From Vermamoeba vermiformis (taxonomy: Eukaryota): 64,000 nt of DNA. Shown piece after piece: positions 37,401 through 48,160 of the stretch. The notes below the pieces were generated by a model. That model was not told the origin of the DNA. It saw only the letters and a program-made list of their open reading frames with translations, and made no database searches. The stretch is from positions 310,001 to 374,000 of the forward strand of contig JBEWZL010000077.1 of assembly GCA_045837725.1 (NCBI GenBank), given 5' to 3'. A program made the position numbers and the translations under genes. Numbering within the stretch: position 1 is the first letter of the stretch; the number at the start of each line of letters is the position of its first letter.

Positions 37401-37912
37401 TATTCATAAGCTGATATATAGCTGTTTGTGCCTCATCAAATAACGTCTTGGTTGGATTCGCAATATTTTGATGAATTTTCTCGCGGATGTGTGAGGCGAC
37501 ATTGATTTCTTTCTCGCAAGATGCTGTTATATAAGTATTGTATATCGCTTTAGCCCCATCAGTGAGCCCTGCAAAGTCAGAGTCCGCGATCTGTTTGGTA
37601 ATTAAATTAATGACGGACGTTAACCTATGATACGACATGGATAAACTTAAATTTGCTATTTTAATAAAATATAGTCATTATATAATCGCGTGATGCAATA
37701 ATCGCGCTAATAGAGCGAATATATATTCCATAAACTTTAAGCGGATAAATTAAGCTAAAAAAATATTAATTTATTACCTTCTTGTATTCTTCCACTGCAT
37801 TATAAAATAATATATTTTCCTCGCAGAATTGATGGTGCAAAAATGATTGAAATGCTGCGCGAGCACTTTGAGATCTGAAAATAGTTTTCAACTGTACTTT
37901 GGTCGCATCCAT
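34460..37912 (-). CDS. Multidomain signalling protein: RGS + RhoGAP-like + cNMP-binding + GRAM + cNMP-binding
   Basis: RGS (FQSFLHHQFCEENILFY, EINVASHIR, LFDEAQTAIYQLMNTDSLPKF); RhoGAP-like (LIEKCLDIL, QLATIFAPLL); two cNMP domains (LGPGAAFGEISIL, EGEIFGEIG); GRAM (HGKLYISQNYIGFHAQVFG). Confidence 0.82.
34662..36737. promoter_or_regulatory. Cluster of CArG boxes CC(A/T)6GG, mostly intronic (putative MADS-box factor sites)
   Basis: Perfect matches start at 34662, 35048, 35318, 35798, 35984, 36287 and 36728. Confidence 0.6.
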
Positions 37913-38096
37913 TTAACAATCACCAACTTTGCTTACGGCACCTCTGATATGCCAACCACCGTAGCTCCGGTAATACAAAGCGAAAACTAAAACCAGGGAG
38001 ATTTATGGAAGATCACGCACGTGATTTTTTTATTTTTAGTTTTTTTTCAGCTAAACATTTTCCAAACTCGAAAGGACATGCATCACCACAACAAAT

Positions 38097-41000
38097 ATGC
38101 TAAATAGATCTATATTAATATATTTGTGCGTATTTGTCGGCCTCGCTTGTGTCACTTTGGCTCAGGTAAGAAAAATATCTTTGGCGCGAAGTCTTTACAC
38201 TGTAAAATAATTCAAATTAATATTCCATCATATGAAAATATTTTGTTAATTATAACAGTCGTCACTTAATTATTTTGGAATTTTTGGAGCTTTTTTTGAC
38301 ACGTTAATTTTTTTGCGATTCATGTCTTTCCACCAGTTTCTTGACAAATAGTTTGACTATTTATATTATAGCGAGTGGCTATAGTAGGTGGTGGAATAGG
38401 AGCAGCAACTACGGCATTTTATTTGAAAGAAAAACAGCCCTATGCTGAGATTGTTGTTTATGAAAAGACTGACAGGCTTGGCGGTCGATTGGACCACATT
38501 AAAATCGAGAATCATACATTAGAGGCATGTAATATATAATATATTCGTTAGTACGATGTAAACTAATATATGTTGAGTTCAGAAAGGCGGTGAGAACTGG
38601 ATTCGCATGAACAAGTATGTCGATCGAATGGCGCGTGAATTAGGCATACCTCTCGACGAAGAAGGTAATATATATATAATTGACTATTAATACGCCTATC
38701 ATTACGAATACAACAGTCATGATTGAGATCCGGCCGATAATTATTTAATGCCACGGAGCTTTAATTAGCCACCTATATGAGATTACATATATTTACCATA
38801 TTCTGATATCGATCTCATATCTGACGTTCATTTGTACCAGACCCAACAACAGCGCGAGATCCAATTAAAGTTCTCATTTGGCACAAGGACCGCCAGTGGT
38901 TGCCCTTTGCCCTTGGTCAGCCTACACTCGACAACATTAGATTTCTCGCTGAGGTTGAAAAATTCAAGTACCATTGCTTGGAAAATTATTTATCGCGCGG
39001 AGCAGATCTAGCGGCCACTGAAGACTTGAAAGAGTTACTGGACTATGGCGAGTGGAATAAATATACCAATGTTAGTTTTGGTGATTGGTTGCGCAAGGCG
39101 AGAGTATCAGATGAGTTCATTGCCGAACAACTTACCCCGATCTTGCGTGTAATCTACGAACAAAACGAAAACATCAACGGTACGTATAATAATGATTAAT
39201 TTGTATTATATTATGGCTATAATAAGTCTAATTGGTCGTTACTAATGAAATTTCTATATGCAGCCTTTGCCGGATTCGTTTCGTTCTTAGACACCTTTGA
39301 GCCTCTAGGCGCTACTCATGGCAACAGAGGCATTGTAGAAGCAGCTCTGAAAGAAAAGGCAGACAAAGTACTCTTCAACACCGCCGTACAGAGCATTGAG
39401 TACTACGAGCAAAGCGGTCAATATACGATCAATGGCCAGGAGAAATTCGATTACGTAGTCATAGCTGGTATGTAATACACCCATACTATACATAACAATA
39501 ATTATCTACCAAATACTGAATCATCTTATTTATAAAATTAATGTCGGATCCACATAACGAAAAGTTATTCGTTGTAATGATTCTAATCTATTGTAAATAT
39601 AGTCCCGCTTGAGTTTGCCAATATCAGATCGAACAGCATCAAGTCGTTGAGTGAAGTCAAGCCACGTAAATTCGTCGGCAAGGCAGTGACTCACGTGATT
39701 GCTGAAGGACTGAATGTAGACTATTTGGACGGTACTTTGCCCGAGCCTAATGGTGTATTCACTACGCACGATAGTACTGCACCGTTCTATTCAGTTGTAA
39801 GAAAACTCAAGCTTGATGGTACGCAATCAGATCTCGTTACAAAAAATAATACTTTTGCTTAGAAATCAAATCTTACCGTATTTAATACCCCTAATATGCT
39901 TTAATATTACTATAATACTATTTTTAATCACGAATTAGCGTGTTACTGACATTTTATTATTAGCCAAGAGATCCGTTTACAAGTTCTTTTCCCCCCGAGA
40001 AATGACGCGCGCTGAACTCGACAAAGTGCTGAAAGGCATCAGTTATGTACACACGACTACTTGGGAGTACACATTCCCGCAATTGGATCCGATCAACGAA
40101 TACCAACCCATGCAACTGCATCAAAAGTTATTTTATATTAACGGCATTGAAAGTGCTGCTAGCGCCATGGAAGGTATGTATACTAAATCATTCGTATATA
40201 TGTAATGAACTGCTATTATCTTTCGAAGAATTTAGTACTGACTTTTATTGCCTAATTAGGAAGTGCACTTTCGGCACGTAACATTGCGTTGCTAATTGCC
40301 GCTCAAGAGACGCACGGCGATGTCAAAGCAGTGGCCGGCAAGGAGAAACCAATTCCAGCTTTGCCTTATTTGGAAAAGTTGATAGCACACCCCTGGGCCC
40401 AGTACTTTGTGCTGTTCATCACGGGTGCCTATTACGGCTCGATTTATTCCGCGATGGAGATTCGCTCTGCTAATTCTCCGCGCGAATTCTTTGCAATTAT
40501 TCAGTTCGTGCTGACAGCCTACCTCGTTGGCTTCTGGACGGAATATCTTATTTCCTTTTTAGTACCGTTCACTGCCGCACTACAGCCACGTGATCTTGCC
40601 GTGATGAGTGGCGGTGAAATCATTGGCGGAATTTTACTCGGCCTAGGCATGATTCTTTCGCGTAAGTAGTATTTGGCTGAAACGTTACCAAATTAGGCAA
40701 TACTCTAACACTGATCACGTGATGCAGATGTTGCGGCCCCAGCAGCCCTCGTTTTAAAGATGAAAAATCTGACCAATCAGACACGCAGAACGAGTGCCAT
40801 TTTGACACTTTTGGGTGTGACAGCAGGCATCGTGTTGTGCGTGACAGCAAACGAATCTTTGCAATCGTTCGTCGGTGTCGTCTCTTAGTAAGTACACCAC
40901 GCGCTGTATTATTGCAAAGATTACTTACTGACATTCCTCTTGTAGTTTCAGCGGTGGCGTTAATCCTCAGCCCACAGCACTGGATCTGCGCTTGAATGTG

Positions 41001-41532
41001 TTGACCAACTTGCAGTACTCGTTCATATTCTTAGCGCTCTTAGTCGTGCTCTCGCAAGCTGAAAATGTGCTCAATTTTATTTCCGAGTAAGTCCTTGCTC
41101 TGCTTTTTTTGTTGCTTTCTGGTACTAACTCGCTACAGGATCCAACACCCAATCAGCTACGGCGTGTTGTTAGGTCTGTGGCAAGCTGTTTACGTCATCT
41201 TCCAATTCGGCCCTTCATTCCACTCAGGTTACGCAATGAGTGCTGCGCTGAATCCGCTCGGCATTGGTGTCAACTCCTTGGTGCAGATCTGCGTTGTTGG
41301 ACTCGGTCTGTTCGTTCAATATCAACTCAATAGTAAGACTGCCAATCAAGTGGTCGCTAACGACATTGCACGTGGCGGTGTACGTGAACAGCACAAAGAG
41401 GATCCGATCTACAACTTTGTTGGTGCAGTGTGCATAGTGATTGGCCTGTACTTGCAAAAGAGTTCATTGTTGTTCGTACAAGCACTTTTTATATTAGTGC
41501 TCGTCAAGGCCTTTGTCTCTGCACTCAAATAA
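38097..41532 (+). CDS. Prenylcysteine oxidase-like flavoprotein fused to a C-terminal polytopic membrane domain
   Basis: Signal peptide, RVAIVGGGIGAA (FAD-binding), YEKTDRLGGRL, FYINGIESAASAMEGSALSARNIALL; the frame continues into several hydrophobic segments. Confidence 0.8.
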
Positions 41533-41680
41533 CTGTAATAAAAGACAATCCATATTTTCAAATTGATTCCCGATTAAAGTCGTTAATTATCGGTGTTTAC
41601 ATCTGACTCTCTATTTTACAATTGTTTTGCCTTACAAAATTCGCCGAGAATTAACATTTACAATACAAGGGTGTTGGGAT

Positions 41681-44600
41681 CTATTTCTCGCGATCGGTTG
41701 AGCTTGGTGGGGGTGGGCCCTAAACAAGTCATTAATAAATAATCAGGAGATGATAAATGTATGTATAACTTACTCCTCCAGGGGGCATGGTGTACGCAGG
41801 TGGCTCAAGAACGTGCGGCACATTGATCCACTTGGCTGGATCCGGTTCAGCGGCAATCTCTTCCAAAAATTTGAGCAGATGATCTAGATCATAAAATATT
41901 AGACATAAAGCCACTATGATCATAGATAGGCCCTCCTTACCCGTCGACGGTCGAACATCGGGGATGTGGTTCCAACATCGCTGAATCATGCTCGCTAATG
42001 CCACAGGACAAGCTTTATCGATTGTTGGTCGAATACCTCGTCTTGCAGCCTGATTACAAAACAAAAAATTAGAAATTGTTATGCTGATAACAAAAGCGTA
42101 ACGGTTGGATCCAAAACAAAAAATAAATGTTAGCCTGGTAGCTTAGGAACAATTGTAATAGTTCGTTACTCAATCATTCGGCCATGATAGGCTAGACTCG
42201 CTCTATGCGCTTTTGACGATTCAGGCCGTGATGAAAGTGCACAGCGCGAAAGGTAAGGAAGCGCAAGAAATTATTCAAAAAAGAAATTGGATTCGCAGGG
42301 TTTCGATCCCCGTACCTCCCGCATGCTAAGCGGACGTGCTACCAAGTGCACCACGAACCCGTCGTTGAAACGGTCCGCAGTTTTTGCTTGGTGCCGTCAC
42401 CTCAGGCGCTGCGGAGTTGAAAAACGAACAGCGGATCTTACCTGTACAATGATTTGGAAGTCGTAGATCAACGTCTTGAACTCCGAATACGGCGGTTGAT
42501 ACGTTCCCTAAGTTCCAATACGTTAGTTGATGCTTCTTACGCGTAATAAGTCCAGATCGACGTACCTTGATGCACTTCGTGACTAACTCCCACGCTACGA
42601 TAGCAAACGCGTAGACGTCAGACTTGGGCGTGAACGATTGTCCAAAGTAGACCTCAGGAGAAATGTACGCGTAAGTGCCGCGCATTTTACACAGCGTCTC
42701 CAAGTTATTGCCAACCAATTGCCTGCTCAACGTTAGACTCTAAAACAACGGCTAGATCCGCCACAGTTGGACGTACCTTGATTCTCCAAAATCGCATAAC
42801 TTGGTCTGCCAGTCATTATCAACTAAGATATTCCTGCTCTATAAATTTCCGTTCGTTAGAAAGATTATATCAAAGTCTCAAAAAGGGTCAGATCCGTTTA
42901 CCTTTAAATCTCTATGCACAATTTGAGGCTTCCAGTTATGCAGCGAATGAAGACCTCGCACGACTTGATGCAGCACTTTAACGACAATAGGCCAAGTGAG
43001 CACTGTTTGCGGGTCTTTCATCACACTGTACAACGACCCTCGCTCGCCGTAACCGAGTACCATCACTGGCGTCGGTTTGATGCACGCACCGAAAAAGAAA
43101 ACAATATCCGGACTGCGGAATTGACTGCACAAGAAATCACATGTTAATTACACTTCCCATTCACGAAATGAATTTAGTCCCTACCTCATTATAGTAAATT
43201 CCTTGGTAAAATTGTCCAATTGTTTCTCGTTCAGATCCTTCAATACTTTGAGCGCCACAATTTGATTTCTGAATTTGCCTTTGTAGACTGAACAGCTGGT
43301 GCCTTCACCGATCTTTTCAATGAATTCAATGTCAGTGCCGTCAATTTCCCAGCTGTGCGTCAACATCGTTGGCTTCCATCGAGCAAACGAGTCCTTGAGT
43401 TCGGTAAGTTCAATGGTCGGATCCTTCTTCTCTGCGAGTTCAAAAGGAGTGTTAGTAATATGATACAGTTACATATGTGAGCGTACTTTTCTTCTTGCGT
43501 CCTTTATCTTTTGGCGATTTGCCATCAACACCATTCGCTGAAAGCATTCGTTTGGTCTTATTCCGCTTATTTGGCTTCGTGTCATTATATTTATCATACT
43601 ACAGTAGTTATTAGTAAAACGCAATTAAATCAAATCAAGATAGCGGTATTCTACGAACCGCAATACAAAATGAAAATATTTCCTTTTAAGGAAAATAATC
43701 GAAAAGGGTGTTCCGAGCTTATCGATAGTTAAATATTGCAGCGTATAGGTTAATCGACTCCTTTTGGTGTTTTGAATTTTTGGGTTTCTGGATGCAAAAA
43801 AAAAAATCCAAAAATAGCTTACCAAATCGGTACTGCTCCGCTTGTGCTTGTTCGTGCTCGGTGATTCACTTTCAGCTATCTTTTTGTCCTTGTCTTTACT
43901 CTCCTTGTCTTTGCTTTCTTTGCCGCTCTTGCTCGGTGTGTTCGTTGCATTCGTGTTCACGCCAGAGCTGCTGGGACCATTATCCAGCTCCCCGTCTTTC
44001 TTCTTAGACGACGATCGACGGCTCTTCTCCTTCTCCTTCGGCTTCAGCTTGGGACTCTCGCTAGTTTTAGTGCGCGACTTGTCCTTGTCTCGCTTCTTGT
44101 CCTTGTCACGTATCTTCTTCGGGGTCGAGACTTCTATTGACGTGGGACCGCTGTCAATCTGCGCGGGCAAGTTAGGGCTGCTCATTGAATTGCGCAAGTC
44201 ATCGCCTGTCTCCAATTGATCATTGGTGTTCGATTGCAGGGTTGGATCTGACTGCGACTTGGTGTTTCCGCTGAAGATATTTTCGCTGAGTGTCTTCGGG
44301 GGCTCAACTTCTGCAGGCTCTGGCTTTTGCGGGGCAGGAGGTTCAGTTACGGCCACGCTAGGACCATTATTTTCAACGCCATTCGGCTCTTTGTTGTTAT
44401 TTTTATCCTCCGCTGCGTCTTTGGGTTTTGGCGGTGATTTTGGTGACTTGGGCGCCTTCGGTTTCTTGTCTTTAGGCGTCTTTTCAGGTGTTGTTGGTGA
44501 CACGCCTGGTTCTCGTTCAGGCCGCGGCGATGGCTGAATTAACGCCGGTCGCGTGGTCGTGCTGAACCCTTTCGGCTCGGGTGTCGTCGGAGCTGTTATG

Positions 44601-45365
44601 TGCACGTCATGCGGCTTTGACTTGCGTCGGACCATCGCCGCTTCTTTTTGTGCACGCAATTGTTCGCGCATTTGTCGTTCTTTCAGCGCCTCTTCTTCTT
44701 GTTGCTGCTTCAACAGTTCCCACTTATTTTTCAGATTCGCAACTTTTCCACTGCTAGACTGTTTGGTAACTGCATCGTCTTCGACAGTATTGTTATTATT
44801 GCTTTCCGTCCCATTCGGTGGATTTTCTTTCTTGGTTTCAGATTTCAGATCCCCGTTGGACGAACTGTTTATCGTTGTAACTTTAACGTTCAATTTTTCT
44901 AATGAAAGAAATCATAAGCAACCATAAAGTCATGATAAAAATATTCAAAATGATATATGAGCAAATACACATGAAATGAGGGAAATTTGTGGATTTGTCC
45001 CGAAAATTAAACGCTGCAGCAAAAACAAATAATAGATATATACCGGGATACACATCTTTCTTACTAGGCGCTACTCTTTCAAATGATGCTGGTCCGTTTA
45101 ATTGCTGTTCGCTAGCACTTTCAGTTTCGGTGTTCGAATCTTGTTCTTCGTTATCAACCTCTTCTTCTTCAAAATCAAATGGATAAGGAGAATCTGATAA
45201 TATTTTTTGTTCTTCTTCTGGTGCTAGCGATCCTTTTTTCTCCTGCTGCTCTTTCAATTCTTGTTCGTACTGCTGATTCAGACTCTCGAAAAACGTAGTC
45301 AGCTGAATAACATTGCTCCTCCGTTTAAAGGTGACTTTTCGTCTTAATTTTGGTCTTTCGTTCAT
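41681..45365 (-). CDS. Tyrosine-kinase-like (TKL) protein kinase with long charged/low-complexity N-terminus
   Basis: WEIDGTDIEFIEKIGEGTSCSVYKG, VALK, IVHRDLK, LCDFG, RGTYAYISPE, SDVYAF, MIQRCW...RP. Confidence 0.92.
42125..42267 (-). ncRNA. Candidate box H/ACA snoRNA (intronic)
   Basis: Two hairpins, each with an internal pocket, separated by a hinge; ACA plus 3 nt directly follows hairpin 2. The H box is imperfect (AGAGCG). Confidence 0.6.
42288..42360 (-). tRNA. tRNA-Ala(AGC), inside kinase intron 42050-42441, same strand as host
   Basis: GGGTTCG/CGAATCC acceptor stem with G3:U70, D-loop TGG, anticodon arm CCGC-TTAGCAT-GCGG, T-arm GGGG-ATCGAAA-CCCT, 73 nt, T6 run just downstream. Confidence 0.96.
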
Positions 45366-46250
45366 ATTTTATCAACTCTTTGCCAAATTTTGATTTTTTC
45401 TTTGTATTCTAGAAAAGAAAAAACCGTATTAATAAAATAATCCTCTGGTGACTGTTTCCGCCTATACTATCATATACAATTACACAACATTATATAAATT
45501 ATTATTATAACAGAATGCGAGTTGGAAATGAATTTACCAAACCGCAGATTCGATCGAAAGAAAAATCTTTGCAATTCGAATCAACCTCCAATCTTGGCAC
45601 AACTGTATTATCCCACCCACGATTACTGAATACAGATGCAATTTAGTATTTCGTGTTCTGTTGGGTACCGCAGTGTGTATACAGAAAACAGGCTAAAATA
45701 GATTTTTTCGCTGTGTGGTTCATTAACGCGAACTATTGCCAAGCTAAATATGGCAACGCGGGACCTTCGGAAGTTAGTTATAAAGCATGTAAGCTACGAG
45801 GTCGTCCTAAGGTGCTTGTAGATCCCTGCTGACCGAAACACCGGATTTGCTTTACGTATTTGGGTTGATATCAAATCATTTAGCCGTTGCGTAAATAACC
45901 AATTACCAATTTAAGCAAGTACGATTTTTGTATGCGGCACGTATCTTGTCCTCATAATATCAAGATTTCGTATCAATGTGGACGCACTACGTCCGCACGT
46001 CGACAAAAGTGTAATTATTGCTTCTTGTTATTTAATTAACGTCTACGTAGTATTGTTCGATGAAACGGGTGTTAAATAATGGCTTCCTAATTTGCGTTGT
46101 TTTTAATCATTTTGCGCAAAATTCTTTCGGAAAATAATTTTTGGGCCGGAAAATTCAGATAACAACCCTTATTTGAAATAGCAACGTACATATAAATACA
46201 ACAACGTAAGTACATTACGATCATTCGATAATTAGTGACGACAAACTGAC

Positions 46251-47843
46251 ATGGCTGTTGCCAATGTTGCTAGATTCGGTATGGCAGACAAGGAGGAACA
46301 AGGCCGTCATTATATGAAGAAGGCCGAAGAGAAATTAAAGGGCTGGTCTCTATTTAACAAAAAGGGCAAATATGAAGATGCTGCTTTATTATACGTCGAT
46401 GCAGCTAATGCTTTTAAAATGGCGAAAAAAAGTAAGTTTTTCATTTACGATCTTTACGCTCGCTTTGTTATTGTTAAAATATTATAATCATTTCGTATTT
46501 ACACATACGATTAATTATCGAAATATTATAAAATCAAGCAATTATTTTTTAACTGAACTTTCCTTGGATTCGACGTGCACGATCTTTTAGTCTTTCGTTC
46601 TCTTGAGCATTTGCTCGTACATTATTAATATTTAATATCACAGATAACTTAGCCGCTGAAGCATATGCCAAGGCTGCCTTTAACTTTTTAGAATACGGCT
46701 CAAAACACGATGCCGCGACTCAATACGTAAACGCTTCAAATATCCTCAAGAAAACAGACGTATTAAGTGAGTACATATTATAGTATTTATTTTTACTATT
46801 GCGATCACCGAGCTAATACGCCTATAATAGATTCAGTCGATTTCCTTTCCAAGGCCGTCGAAATCTACACCGACGACGGTCGATTCAGCATTGCCGCTAA
46901 GCACGAAAAAGATATGGCCGAGGCATTGGAAAGCGAGGTAAGCGAGATTTTATTTACCCGAGCATAGTCCTTCAATTATAATCGTAAAAATATTCGCAAA
47001 AATTAGCGAGGAGCGGATTCAATTTTGAACTCCGTTAAAATCGCACAAATAATATTTCTCGAATTTATTGCCATGTAATAATATTATTTAGACATAATTT
47101 AATTATTTTTCGCAAATTTAGAACCAATTGGAGGAAGCTCTTAAACACTATCAAACAGCCGCTGAATACTACGAAGGTGAAGGTTCCAACACGTAAGTAC
47201 TATTGATTTCTATATAGCGTCATATCAAATATCAATTACAACCACATACAACTGTTTTCTATCGTGTATATTGCACGTGCAAATATTAATACTCGTTCTC
47301 AACAGCACTTCCAATTCATGCTTGTTGAAGGTCGCACACATCTCCGCCTCGCTCGGCTCGTACGACAAGGCCATTGAGATCTTCGAACAAGTCGCTGCAG
47401 CCAGCACTAGCGGTCCTACTAAGTGGAGCGTGAAAGACTACCTCTTCAAGGCCGGCATTTTGCACCTTGCTCGTGGTGTAAGTAATTGACATTCAACACT
47501 CTTATTTGTGACACTGATATGGGTCGCCTATGACTACTATAATATACTATAGTCGATCGATTACATTATTAAGCAGTGTTGCTAATTTGATGTTTGTGAA
47601 CAGGATCTCGTCGCTGCTAAGAAGGCTTTGGAACGATACCCCGAAATGTCAGTCCAATTCGGTGGTTCTCGCGAGCACAAGTTCTTGACACAAATCACCA
47701 ACGCGGTCGAGACATACGACGTCGAGGCATTCACTAACGCCGTCGTTGAGTTCGATCAGATCACTAAGCTGGATCCTTGGATGACTTCTCTGTTGTTGAA
47801 GATCAAGCAAGGCATCAAGACCGAAGACAACGATCTCACTTAA
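46251..47843 (+). CDS. Alpha-soluble NSF attachment protein (alpha-SNAP/Sec17)
   Basis: KYEDAALLYVDAANAFKMAK, GRFSIAAKHEKDMAE, CLLKVAH, KAIEIFEQV, ITKLDPWMTSLLLKIK, C-terminal DLT. Confidence 0.96.
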
Positions 47844-48160
47844 GTTTTACGGCGTCATGTTGCAGCGCTGTAGTGTTTTAGTAGATGTAAATCCGGATTC
47901 TCTCTTTTTGCCTCTCTCATGTAATTAGTCTTATCTATTTGTTCAAATAAACCCATTTAAAGTATCAAAGCAGACCATAGCTGCAACTTGCATTGAAAAC
48001 AGAAAACATACTTTATTACATTGGGTTAGGAGACCAAACAAAAATTAATTTTTGAGGTTAGTTCGTTATGTTATATTGAAATAAATATTCGCGAGTGTCC
48101 AATCAATAAATATGGACGAGAGAAGGATAACTAACTAGATGTCTATTTGTCGCACGTCAA

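Noticed and set aside
43780-44927. Long antisense/alternative-frame ORFs over low-complexity exons (also at 4826-5368, 19580-20357, 33132-34010)
   Set aside because: Shadows of biased codon usage on the coding strand, with no independent domain or splice evidence.
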